Shown piece after piece: positions 36,301 to 45,422 of a DNA stretch of 64,000 nucleotides (the stretch's first letter is position 1; each line of letters opens with the position of its first letter). The notes under the pieces are model-generated. The model searched no databases and was not told the origin of the DNA. It saw nothing but the letters and a program-made list of their open reading frames with translations. The translations under genes were made by a program, and so were the position numbers. This DNA is from Dehalococcoidia bacterium (GTDB lineage Bacteria > Chloroflexota > Dehalococcoidia > Lucifugimonadales > UBA2985): NCBI GenBank assembly GCA_965222415.1, contig CBDCTU010000004.1:256702-320701 (forward strand), in the 5' to 3' direction.

Positions 36301-36773
36301 TTCATCGTTTCGCTGCGGACGTTGGAGCTTTCCACCGCCATTACGGTGCGTCCGTGCTGGTTGCTGTATGTGGTGCGAGTCACCACGAAGACCAGCTTGC
36401 CGGTGCGTCCGGTCTTGGCGTACACTTGGTCAATGCGGGCCTTGGCGGAGATGGTGTCGCCAGCGCGAATCGGCTCGAAATACTCTATGTTCTGACTGGC
36501 CATGTAGCCCAACCTGTTCTCGTGCACCCTCAGCCTGGGATTGGGACCGGGCTTGAAGCGCATGTAGGTGTAGAACCCGGCGGGCGCGATAACGGCCCCG
36601 TATGGGCCTTCCCTGGCGGCCTCTTCGTCTACGTAGAGGGGGTTGGTCTCGCCCAGTGCCCTTGCGTAGGCGATGATCTCCTCTTTGGTCACTTGGTAAG
36701 AGCCGATGTCCACGTCCACGCCCAGGACGCTTCTATCGAAATCCAGCGTATCGCCGGCATCCGCCTCTGACAT
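36297..36773 (-). CDS. MaoC dehydratase N-terminal-type (FAS1-like) hot-dog protein
   Basis: 158 aa with YARALGETNPLYVDEEAAREGPYGAVIAPAGF. Confidence 0.65.
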   Translation of the reverse strand: MSEADAGDTLDFDRSVLGVDVDIGSYQVTKEEIIAYARALGETNPLYVDEEAAREGPYGAVIAPAGFYTYMRFKPGPNPRLRVHENRLGYMASQNIEYFEPIRAGDTISAKARIDQVYAKTGRTGKLVFVVTRTTYSNQHGRTVMAVESSNVRSETMK

Positions 36774-36972
36774 ATCGCTCTCCGAAAATGGACATCCTGG
36801 ACGTTTGACGAGGTGGTGAGAGTATAGTGCAACTGAGCGCTCTCAGCCAGTGTTTGTGGGTCGCCCTCTGAGCAGCCTCAATGAAGTTGGCCTTGACGCA
36901 GCGGTGAAATAGCATTAAAAATATTAGGGTGTTGAAGCGGCGCTTTGAGCTATTGCCCGCAGGAGATCTGTA

Positions 36973-37707
36973 GTGGGATCTTTTTTTGATATGCACATAC
37001 ACACCACCGCGGGCAGCCCTGACAGCTCGCTGTCGCCGCGGGAGCTGGTGTCAGAGGCCCGTCGAATAGGGCTTACGGGTGTGGTGATTACCGAGCACAA
37101 CGGCTGGCCCCGCCACGACTTTGAGGACTTTGCGCGGGACCTCGACATAGTTCTGATTCGCGCCAACGAGGTCTACACCAATATGGGTCACATCATCACC
37201 ATTGGCCAGGACAAGATTGCCGGCATGGTCACAAGCGTCCAGGACCTGCGTGAGGCGGTGGACAATGCGGGTGGCTTTATGATAATCGCCCACCCCTTCA
37301 GGTATCTCTTCGAGCCCTCCGGAATCCTGTCGCGCAACGTCCTCTTCGAGGATCCCCTGTCGATTCCTGCCACGCCGGAGGAAGCGGCTGAGCACACAAT
37401 ATTCAGCCTTGTGGACGCGATAGAAGTGGTCAACGGAGCCAACAACATTGCTGAGAACCGCTTTGCCCAGGAGGTGGCCGCAGTGCTGGGCTTCAAAGGC
37501 ACCGGAGGAAGCGACGCCCACTCCAAGCAGGGCATTGGCCTGGGAAGCACGATGTTTCACGGGGACGTCAGAAACGTGAGTGACCTTATGGAGGCGCTCA
37601 GGGCGGGAGCCTACACCCCCTGCTACGGGTTCAATAAGAAGCAGGTCTCGTACTATGGGGAGTTGCCGGCTCTATACGACTCTGCTTCCCCAGAGAATCC
37701 TGCCTAG
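36973..37707 (+). CDS. PHP domain metal-dependent phosphoesterase
   Basis: FFDMHIHTTAGSPDS start and late GGSDAHS. Confidence 0.75.
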   Translation: MGSFFDMHIHTTAGSPDSSLSPRELVSEARRIGLTGVVITEHNGWPRHDFEDFARDLDIVLIRANEVYTNMGHIITIGQDKIAGMVTSVQDLREAVDNAGGFMIIAHPFRYLFEPSGILSRNVLFEDPLSIPATPEEAAEHTIFSLVDAIEVVNGANNIAENRFAQEVAAVLGFKGTGGSDAHSKQGIGLGSTMFHGDVRNVSDLMEALRAGAYTPCYGFNKKQVSYYGELPALYDSASPENPA

Positions 37708-38379
37708 CCTGACCATCGTTGCCCCCTCTTCGATAGCCACCTCGAAGTCGTGGCTCATTCCCATCGACAGCTTGAGGATGCGGCCCTGGAATGACTCAAG
37801 CTGCTCCAGTCCGTCCCTCAACTCTCGAAGCATCCTGAAGTAGGGTCTCGCGCCCTCCGGGTCCTCGGATTCCGGCGGGACGGTCATCAGGCCCTCCAGT
37901 TCAAGGTTCTCACACCCGGCGAGCATCGTCGCGAACTCCGTCAGACTGTCCGGGGCTATTCCGTTCTTGGATTCCTCCAGCCCAATGTTCACCTCGATGT
38001 ACACCGGGAGCCTGCGGTTCATCTCACCCGCGATCTGGTCAAGCCTCTTCGCAAGGCGCGGGCTGTCCACCGACTGAATGACATCGAACAGCTCGACGGC
38101 CCGTCGCGCCTTGTTGGTCTGAAGGTGACCGATGAGGTGCCTGCTGACTTGGCTCTCCGAGAACCCAGGGTGGTTGAACTTCTCGTCGGCTTCCTGGACC
38201 TGGTTCTCTCCCACGTGGCTGATGCCTGCGGCAATGACCTGCAGGACTCTCTCCGGCTCGACCTGCTTGGAGGCCCCCATTATGGTAACCTCCGCCGGGT
38301 CGCGCCCCGCCCTCTCAGCGGCCTGGATCACCCTCTGGCGAACTGCGTCTATATTAAGTTGAGTGCTGGTCTGTGTCAT
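37672..38379 (-). CDS. yggS: YggS-family pyridoxal-phosphate homeostasis protein
   Basis: Start at ATG 38379 (MTQTSTQLNIDAVRQRV). GASKQV and HVGENQVQE motifs. The upstream 93 codons of the track ORF are non-homologous. Confidence 0.8.
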   Translation of the reverse strand: MTQTSTQLNIDAVRQRVIQAAERAGRDPAEVTIMGASKQVEPERVLQVIAAGISHVGENQVQEADEKFNHPGFSESQVSRHLIGHLQTNKARRAVELFDVIQSVDSPRLAKRLDQIAGEMNRRLPVYIEVNIGLEESKNGIAPDSLTEFATMLAGCENLELEGLMTVPPESEDPEGARPYFRMLRELRDGLEQLESFQGRILKLSMGMSHDFEVAIEEGATMVRLGRILWGSRVV

Positions 38380-38428
38380 ATCTCTGTGGCTCCTTTGGAA
38401 CGGGTGTACAGCTTCAATTATAGCCGGT

Positions 38429-38800
38429 CTACGGCTGTGCGCCAACGCCTTCCTCAGCCGTGTCCGGCTCCGAGCCTCCGAATAAGTTCCGCAAGGACTC
38501 CAGCCACGTTCCATCCTTCGGGCGGATATTGACGCATCCTGCATCCACTTTTCGGATCTCGTGATGGGGCACATCGGCAAATAGGGACTTGTCCACCGTC
38601 CTTTGGCGAATAAAGTTGCTGGAGCGAACTGATCTGAAGGTGAAGTAAGCTGGGCCACGTCCGTCGTCGGTGGCGTTCAAGTATGCCCCGGCGATAATTT
38701 GGTCTCCGCGCCTCAAAGCCTTGTTTTGAGCGCTCCAGCGTTCAGGCGCCCAGATGTCCAACTCATCGGCCAGCAGTCGCTGACAGTCTTGATAATTCAT
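38429..38800 (-). CDS. hypothetical protein
   Basis: 123-aa ORF in a locally lower-GC stretch. No motif recognised. Confidence 0.4.
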   Translation of the reverse strand: MNYQDCQRLLADELDIWAPERWSAQNKALRRGDQIIAGAYLNATDDGRGPAYFTFRSVRSSNFIRQRTVDKSLFADVPHHEIRKVDAGCVNIRPKDGTWLESLRNLFGGSEPDTAEEGVGAQP

Positions 38801-38931
38801 AGTGTGAATGCCATACGAAATGGTTGGCGCAGTTGAGAGGCCAGTAAACTCTCATTGCCAAATTGAGAGACAACATCGCAATGTAGCCCCTTTGACAGCC
38901 TGGGGTTTAAACCGGATGCTGTGAGTTCGGC

Positions 38932-40956
38932 TCAAGCTATCCGCCGCTTGCGGTTGGAGACGTAGTCCACCAGCACGTATTCGCCCAGCTTCTGGGGTGT
39001 TGAGTAGAAGGCCCGGCCCTTGTTGATGCGCATCATCCTGTCCACAAAGTCGATGAGATAGGAGCTGCTTTCCAGCATGAAAGTGTTGATGGTTATGCCG
39101 TCCTGGGTGCAGCGCTTCACCTCTTTCAGCGTCTCCTGGATGGTGCGATGGCTGGGAGGATAGTTGAAGTAAGCGCGGTCGCCCTCCAGGTGTGTGGTGG
39201 GCTCGCCGTCCGTGACCATGATTATCTGCCTGGTCCCCGTCTTGTCCTTGGAGAGCAACTTCCGCGACAGCAGGAAGGCGTGGTGCATGTTCGTTCCCGA
39301 GACCCAGTCGTTCCACGATACCTGGGGAAGCTCATCCTCCTTCAGCTCAATGGCGTAGTCGGAGAACCCAACAATGTAGAACTTGTCCCTGGGAAACTGG
39401 GAGCGAATGAGGGATGCCAGGGCCATCGCAACCTTCTTGGCCGACTGGAAGCTGCCGTAAAGCCCCATGGAGCGGCTCTGGTCCAGGAGCAACACAGTGG
39501 AAGCCTGGGTCACGTGCTCCGTGCGATGCACCTCGAAGTCCGCAGGCGTCAGCTTGATGGGAACGCCGCTGCCGTCTCTCAGCAGGGCGTTTCTGACCGT
39601 CCGCTCCAGGTGAATATCGAAGTTGTCGCCGAACTCGTAGGTCTTGGTCTCGCCCGTGTGGTCTCCCCCTGCGCCTCGCAAGTAGAGGTCGTGGTTGCCA
39701 AGGCGGTCCCGCTTCATCTGGGAGAAGACGTCCTTCATCGCCTTCTGCCCTATCTTGCGAATGCCCTTGGGGGTGAGCTCCAAACGGTCGCCCTTGCGCG
39801 TGACATACCCGGCGTCCTCCAGCATCTTGGCGAGGCGCTGTAGCTGCTCAAGGCTGCGCCGGCTCTCCTCGTCCACCAGCGCCTCCATATTGTCCGGGTC
39901 TATATCCTGGATGTTGCCACGCTGCATCGCCTGCTGTATCTGCTGCTCAAGCTCGTCCATGCCCTGGAGCTGTCCCATAAGCTCCATAGCCTCTTCGTAG
40001 GTCAGGGATTCCTCTCCCATGAACGGGTAGCGGTTTGCCAGCTCGTCCGGCGGATATAGCTGGTTCATGGCCGCCGCCAGCTGCGCCATCTCGTTCAGCG
40101 TCTCCTGGTCCATCGCCGATCCCATGAGCTCCTGCAGCTCCTGGCTCATCTCCGGCGACATACTGTCCATGAGAGACTGGGCCTGGGCCATCTGCTGCTG
40201 AAGTCGCTCCATAAGCTCGTCCAGGTCCTGCGGCGGGTTGTCCCCGAACATCTCGCCGTGCTTGTCCATGAAGCTCTGAAAGTCCGGATCCTGTCCCTGC
40301 ATCCGGTCCTGTAGCATCTGGTTGAGGTCCCGCAGCATCTCCCTGAGCGCAGCCATATCCTGGGGCGTCATGTCCTGCAACTGCTGGCGCATATTCTGGA
40401 AGGTGTTCTCCATCATCCTCTGCTTCAGCATGTCCAGAAGCTCCTGGAACTGGCTCTGGGCGTCCGGGTCCATGAACTCGTAGTCGGTAAGCTCCTTGAC
40501 GGCGCCGCCCAGGTTGGGAGGCAGGTTGTCCAGGGTCTCCTGATTGCGCGCGGCCCGCTCCTCCAGCAGCTTCATGGGTTGTTCCCTGTCCGCGGCCTCT
40601 TCAGGCGAGGACTGCTGCATCTGCTGGCGGGCTTCCTCCAGACGGTGGTCTATCCCCTGCCGCTCGGTGTCGACGACCTTGTCCAGGCGCTCCTTGAGGT
40701 CGTCCATCACCGAGTCCAGGTTGTACTGCTCAAGACGGTCCTGGCGGCGAGAGCGCAGGCGTTCCAGCATGTCCCTCATCCCCTGCATACGCTCTCCCAT
40801 GTCGCCCTCCATTCCGCGCTGGAAGAGGCTGCGCAGCGACCGCATCACGTCGCCGTGATTCATGAGGTCGTCGGCCATTTCCTCCATGATTTCGTCCTCA
40901 GTTGGCTCAAAGACCTGCTGGGAGCCGTCCCATTGCGAATACCTGTAGTTGTTCAT
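38932..40956 (-). CDS. von Willebrand factor type A (vWA) domain protein with long Q/E/M-rich helical N-region
   Basis: Start at MNNYRYSQWDG (ATG 40956). C-terminal vWA domain with MIDAS LLLDQSRSMG and VTDGEPT. Confidence 0.8.
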   Translation of the reverse strand: MNNYRYSQWDGSQQVFEPTEDEIMEEMADDLMNHGDVMRSLRSLFQRGMEGDMGERMQGMRDMLERLRSRRQDRLEQYNLDSVMDDLKERLDKVVDTERQGIDHRLEEARQQMQQSSPEEAADREQPMKLLEERAARNQETLDNLPPNLGGAVKELTDYEFMDPDAQSQFQELLDMLKQRMMENTFQNMRQQLQDMTPQDMAALREMLRDLNQMLQDRMQGQDPDFQSFMDKHGEMFGDNPPQDLDELMERLQQQMAQAQSLMDSMSPEMSQELQELMGSAMDQETLNEMAQLAAAMNQLYPPDELANRYPFMGEESLTYEEAMELMGQLQGMDELEQQIQQAMQRGNIQDIDPDNMEALVDEESRRSLEQLQRLAKMLEDAGYVTRKGDRLELTPKGIRKIGQKAMKDVFSQMKRDRLGNHDLYLRGAGGDHTGETKTYEFGDNFDIHLERTVRNALLRDGSGVPIKLTPADFEVHRTEHVTQASTVLLLDQSRSMGLYGSFQSAKKVAMALASLIRSQFPRDKFYIVGFSDYAIELKEDELPQVSWNDWVSGTNMHHAFLLSRKLLSKDKTGTRQIIMVTDGEPTTHLEGDRAYFNYPPSHRTIQETLKEVKRCTQDGITINTFMLESSSYLIDFVDRMMRINKGRAFYSTPQKLGEYVLVDYVSNRKRRIA

Positions 40957-41123
40957 GGCCGTCCTCTCGAATATGGGGACTGAGTGGTGAATGGATTCGC
41001 GAGCTATGTTACTACACGCAGCCCAGGGGTTCAATGACGAGTAGTTAATACGAAGGCGCAGCGCTTTTCTGAGAAGCGCCAGAGTTGCTATAATTCATCC
41101 ATACACAGGGCGGAGGCGTTGCA

Positions 41124-41477
41124 TTGCTGACACAAGAGCACGCGCAGGCTGCTGAGGCGTTCCTGGAAGACGCGGCCCGGGAGTTCGAGGCCGGGGACGA
41201 ACTGCAGGGATCTGAGAAGATGTGGGGAGCGGCGTCCCACGCGATCATGGCAGTTGCTTTGCAGCGTGGTCAGCCTTGCGGGACGCACCGCCTGATGATA
41301 AACGCGGCCAGGCAGATAGCCGACGAGTTGGACGACGTCTGGCTAAAGGCGGGGATTTCTGTGGCGCAGCAGTTCCACGCGAACTTCTATCACGGCTTCA
41401 TGGAGACCGAGGACCTGGAGCCCAACGCTGAGATTGTCCGTGAGTTCGTGACGCGTATGCTAGCTCTGGCGGGGTGA
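41124..41477 (+). CDS. PaREP1/HEPN-like helical protein (diverged third member)
   Basis: TTG start 7 nt after GGAGG. GSEKMWGAASHAIMAVA parallels DAAEKAWCATVRA, and QQFHANFYHGF parallels LHGECFYLG. Confidence 0.5.
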   Translation: MLTQEHAQAAEAFLEDAAREFEAGDELQGSEKMWGAASHAIMAVALQRGQPCGTHRLMINAARQIADELDDVWLKAGISVAQQFHANFYHGFMETEDLEPNAEIVREFVTRMLALAG

Positions 41478-41645
41478 GAGCGCAAAGGCAACGGGGATAG
41501 TCGCGTTTGGCTACGCCTAGGACGGACTCCGAAAGGCGTCCGAGATAAACATCTGGCCTATGAATTGGCTTGGATTGGGAAACATTTGCCCATCAACGAG
41601 ACTTCTGTCAATCTGAAACGTAGCTGGTGGGTCGTGTCCAATATC

Positions 41646-41996
41646 TCACACCGCAGGATCATACTCCGGAGTTTCGCCGCACAACACACAGGGAATCGTA
41701 GTGCCTCCAGCCATCACTGCCTGGAGTTGCTCGGGGTGGCCTATCTCCTCACATGGTGGTCTGTCCTTGAGCAACTCCTCAATCGATTGCACTTCCTCGC
41801 AGTGAGGGCATTCAACAGGTCCCCACTCCTTGCCCATTGAGAGGTACATGAACAGTTGAGCCTCATCTGCCGTCGCGCACCCTCTCATTTTAGCCAAGTC
41901 CCGATACCGCTCGTCAGCCCGAGGTAGGCCGGATTCTTTCATGCGTTCCGATCCGTTTATCAAGCGTTCCCGACGTTCGCGGTCTCGTCTTCCCAT
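41646..41996 (-). CDS. hypothetical zinc-ribbon protein
   Basis: CPHC ... CVLC Cys pairs. Lower-GC context with an AT-rich upstream region. Confidence 0.4.
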   Translation of the reverse strand: MGRRDRERRERLINGSERMKESGLPRADERYRDLAKMRGCATADEAQLFMYLSMGKEWGPVECPHCEEVQSIEELLKDRPPCEEIGHPEQLQAVMAGGTTIPCVLCGETPEYDPAV

Positions 41997-42073
41997 TTTG
42001 GTGCTCCCAGTTTTCCAATTCTCTTTATGTTACTGACGAGGAAATGATAAACACAAGAGAGTAATACACCTAA

Positions 42074-43282
42074 GGAATCTCTGAATAACAGGACATCAGC
42101 CGGGTTTAAGTTGACTGTGCCTGTTTTGCGGAAATGTTCCGCCACAGATGGGGCGTCATAGGGACATTGGTGGCCTTGTACCGGCCCCACCAGGGGTCTC
42201 CAGCCGGAGTTGAGCCCACTGCTCCCACTTCAGGCCGCCAATCGGCTCTCGGCGGTCAACAAGTTACCCAATCCCAACAGCAGCGCCAGACGTTGGGTGT
42301 TCTTGGCCAGACCCCGGTAGCGGACTTTGGCATAACCGAACAGCTGCTTCACCTTCAGGAAGGGATGCTCCACTTTGGCCCTAATGGATGCCTTGCGCTT
42401 CTCCGTCAAGGCAGCATTACTCCCCGGATCCAGTCGCCGCCGCCGCCCCGGCTTCATAGCCACCTGCCAATCCAACGCCAACTCCCGATTCTCCCACCTT
42501 TTCTCGACTCCCACGTACCCAGCATCCCCCCATACCTGCGACTCTCCGCCGTGCAGCAACCGGTGGGCTTCGGTCACGTCATGCACGTTGGCCGGGGTCG
42601 TCGCTAAGCTGTGCACCACACCCGTATCCGCATCCACCCCTATATGCACTTTCATCCCAAAGTGATATTGGTTCCCCTTCTTGGTCTGGCGCATCTCAGG
42701 GTCTCGCGCCCCAGCCCGGTTCTTGGTGGACGACGGCGCTTCTATGATGGTGGCATCCACTATGGTCCCTTCCCTCAGCCGCAGTCCCCGGGACTCCAGA
42801 TAACCTTTGATCTCCTCAAACAGACCCTCCCCCAACTCATGCTTCTCCAGGATATGACGGAAGTGCAGTATCGTGCTCTCGTCTGGCAGCGCCTCCGACA
42901 GCCGCAGTCCCACGAACCGCCGCACCGACTCCGCCTCGTAGAGCAGAGCCTGCCCCCGTGAAAACGGGGGTCCTCCATCCCAGGATCGCTGAGATTGTAG
43001 AACAACTGCACGCAGTGAACTCTCAGCATCACCGACAAATCATATGGCTGACGCCCTCGACCAGCTTTAGGGTAATACGGGCGGATACGCTCCTCCAGAC
43101 GCTGCCAGGGAATCAGACCATCCATCCGTTCCAGAAATACCTCCCGACGGGTCCTCCGCTTCTTGCTCTCGTATTCCACGTCTGCAAATGTCGGCTGCTC
43201 CATCATCTCTTCACTCCTCCATCACCATTGTTTGCTCACCTCTATTATAATGCCTCAACCCACAGACTTATTCAGAGATTCC
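42074..43282 (-). mobile_element. IS5-family insertion sequence (1209 bp)
   Basis: Perfect 15-bp terminal inverted repeats GGAATCTCTGAATAA (42074-42088 and the complement of 43268-43282). Flanking 4-bp direct repeat CTAA (42070-42073, 43283-43286), matching the YTAR target known for IS5. Contains a DDE transposase. Confidence 0.9.
42230..43206 (-). pseudogene. IS5-family DDE transposase, frameshifted
   Basis: N-part 43206-42970 ends ...FYNLSDPGMED. C-part 42952-42230 begins QALLYEAESVRRFVGL in another frame. The two are separated by the 17-nt palindromic segment 42953-42969. Confidence 0.85.
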
Positions 43283-43345
43283 CTAAGTGATCCAATCTTG
43301 CCTCGCCAGGAACTCCAGAACCGCCCGGTTGAAGACAAAGAGGGG
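43283..43345 (-). pseudogene. possible C-terminal remnant of an alpha/beta hydrolase gene
   Basis: Translates PLFVFNRAVLEFLARQDWIT*, compared with the C-terminus HEFNLAMLEFLERQE of the intact hydrolase at 43659-44288. Both share the 13-mer CCAGGAACTCCAG. Only 20 codons, so weak. Confidence 0.3.
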
Positions 43346-43347
43346 TT

Positions 43348-43557
43348 CTATGCCGGTATCTCCACCAGTTCGTAGGATTGCGGTTCAGGGGCTGACAGGC
43401 CCTCTTCTTCCAGCGCTTCAACGTAGAGCTCAATAGCCTCCTGAATCAGCCGGCACACGTCATCCCGCGTTTCTGCGACAGCTATGCACCCCGGCAGGTC
43501 CGGCACCTGAGCTCCGTAGCTATTCGGCCCCTTTTCTATGATGACTGCGTACTTCAC
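43348..43557 (-). CDS. hicB: HicB-family antitoxin (UPF0150-type), no hicA adjacent
   Basis: 69 aa, KYAVIIEKGPNSYGAQVPDLPGCIAVAETRDDV..., GTG start after GAGGT. Confidence 0.75.
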   Translation of the reverse strand: MKYAVIIEKGPNSYGAQVPDLPGCIAVAETRDDVCRLIQEAIELYVEALEEEGLSAPEPQSYELVEIPA

Positions 43558-43658
43558 ACCTGCTTTACCTCATTTTAACGCTTATATTAACACGGCAAAG
43601 GGTGTCAGAGCTTGTTGCCGCATTAACACCGGCCACCGTTGTCTACTACCCCGCCACT

Positions 43659-44288
43659 TCATTCCTGCCTCTCCAGGAACTCCAGCATTGCCAGGTTGAA
43701 CTCGTGCGGGTTCTGGTTGTTGATGGTGTGGCCGCCCTCCAGTACAACCAGCTCTGCGTTGGGCATCCGAGGCGCCATCTCCTCGCCGTGCTCCGGCGGG
43801 AACGTGGCGTCGTTGGTGGCCTGAATCACCAGCGCGGGCGTACTAATCTGCGATAGCTCGTCCAGTCTGTTGGGAAAGTACATCAATCTCTCAGAGGTCT
43901 TCTCCCTGCCCCGCGCCGTCGCGCTGACTATCAACGCCGCTCTGCACATCTCCTGGTGCTTCAGCAGGAACTCGATTAGCAGCATCCCTCCGTAGGACAC
44001 GCCGCCCAGGTAGGCCCGCTCCAGGCCCAGGTCCAGCATGAACCGCCGGAGGTCCTCCACCCACAGCTCGGCTAGCTGAGGCACGTCTTTGGGCCGGGAC
44101 CGACCACACCCGCGCCGGTCGTACCGTATAACCCGGAAGCGTTTAGACAACGCTTCCACCTGGGGGTCCCACTCCGTTATATCGCTGAAGCCGCCGTGGC
44201 CCAGCACGATGGGATAGCCTTCGCCCGCCTCCTCGTAGTACAGATCTATCTCGTCCAGCTTTGCGTATGGCAAAATTGCCTCCTCCAA
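43659..44288 (-). CDS. alpha/beta hydrolase (short, 209 aa)
   Basis: HGGFSD oxyanion region, GVSYGG nucleophile elbow, and late D (NDATF) and H (GGHTIN). Confidence 0.8.
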   Translation of the reverse strand: MEEAILPYAKLDEIDLYYEEAGEGYPIVLGHGGFSDITEWDPQVEALSKRFRVIRYDRRGCGRSRPKDVPQLAELWVEDLRRFMLDLGLERAYLGGVSYGGMLLIEFLLKHQEMCRAALIVSATARGREKTSERLMYFPNRLDELSQISTPALVIQATNDATFPPEHGEEMAPRMPNAELVVLEGGHTINNQNPHEFNLAMLEFLERQE

Positions 44289-44372
44289 GTCATACTATCT
44301 ATAATACATCAGCAACTATCTGCCCCCGACTTCTCCCCAAGGAGAGACGAGGTCGCGCCGACCTCAATAGAC

Positions 44373-45347
44373 ATGTACCAGCACAAAGAAAACGGACTGC
44401 GCATAGTAACCATTGGCGGAGGCACCGGGCAATCGACTGTGCTGCGGGGCCTGAAGCGCAAGACACCGGACCTTACGGCGATAATCCCCGTGTCCGACGA
44501 CGGCGGGAGCTCCGGCCGTCTGCGGAAGGACTTTCAGATGCCTCCACCGGGAGACGCTCGGAACTGCCTGGTCGCGCTTTCAGAGGGAGATCCCATGATG
44601 GAGGAGCTCTTCAATCATCGATTCAACGGGAACTCCTCTCTGGACGGCCACAGCCTGGGCAACCTGCTGCTCGCAGCCCTGTATGAGAAGACCGGAGGTT
44701 TTAGCGAGGGCCTTGAGGCTGCGGCCAAACTCCTGGCCCTGTCAGGGCGGGTTGTGCCGGTGTCCGATGAGACAGGTCTGGTGCTGATGGGCAGGACCAT
44801 TTCCGGCGACGTGCTTGCGGGCGAGTCGTCAGTGGGACAGGCGCCTGATCCCCTGGAGCGCGTCTGGACCGAACCTGAAGGAACAGCAGCCGGCGAGTAC
44901 GCTCTGGAAGCCATCGCCCGGGCAGAGCTTATAGTCATTGGGCCGGGGAGTCTCTACACCAGCGTTATCCCCTGCTTTCTGCCGCAGGGTATTGGCGAAG
45001 CGATCATCGCCTCTCAAGCGCCAAAGGTCTTTGTCTGCAACGTCGCTACCCAGCCCCACGAGACCGACGGCTATGGCGTCCAGGAGCACCTGGATGCGTT
45101 CCAGGCTCATTCGGGCGTAGCAGTGACCCATGTCCTTGTGAACAGCAACGTTGAAGACCTCCCGAACGATTGGGGACAGACGGCCATAGCCCCCTTTGAG
45201 CGCATCGACAGCTTTGGAGGCGAGGTGGTCTTCGCCGACGTTGTGGATGAGGACATTCGGACGCGCCACGATCCGGACAAGCTCGCAACGGCGCTCATGG
45301 AGATTGCCAAGTCTCGGCCCGGCGTCATCGAGAGCACGTTGCCCTGA
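44373..45347 (+). CDS. yvcK: YvcK/CofD-like gluconeogenesis-factor family protein
   Basis: Start at ATG 44373. IVTIGGGTGQSTVLRGLK and VSDDGGSSGRLR motifs. Confidence 0.85.
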   Translation: MYQHKENGLRIVTIGGGTGQSTVLRGLKRKTPDLTAIIPVSDDGGSSGRLRKDFQMPPPGDARNCLVALSEGDPMMEELFNHRFNGNSSLDGHSLGNLLLAALYEKTGGFSEGLEAAAKLLALSGRVVPVSDETGLVLMGRTISGDVLAGESSVGQAPDPLERVWTEPEGTAAGEYALEAIARAELIVIGPGSLYTSVIPCFLPQGIGEAIIASQAPKVFVCNVATQPHETDGYGVQEHLDAFQAHSGVAVTHVLVNSNVEDLPNDWGQTAIAPFERIDSFGGEVVFADVVDEDIRTRHDPDKLATALMEIAKSRPGVIESTLP

Positions 45348-45422
45348 TGCAGCCTGGCAAGCCGGAGCGCCGGTGGTCTATGACCTTGATACGGCGCTCA
45401 CTAGCCGGAGACCGGGAGCGCA

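Noticed and set aside
43558-43658. Looked for a hicA toxin gene upstream or downstream of hicB.
   Set aside because: Only about 100 nt are available upstream and there is no ORF of suitable size or sequence on either side. hicB is called orphan.
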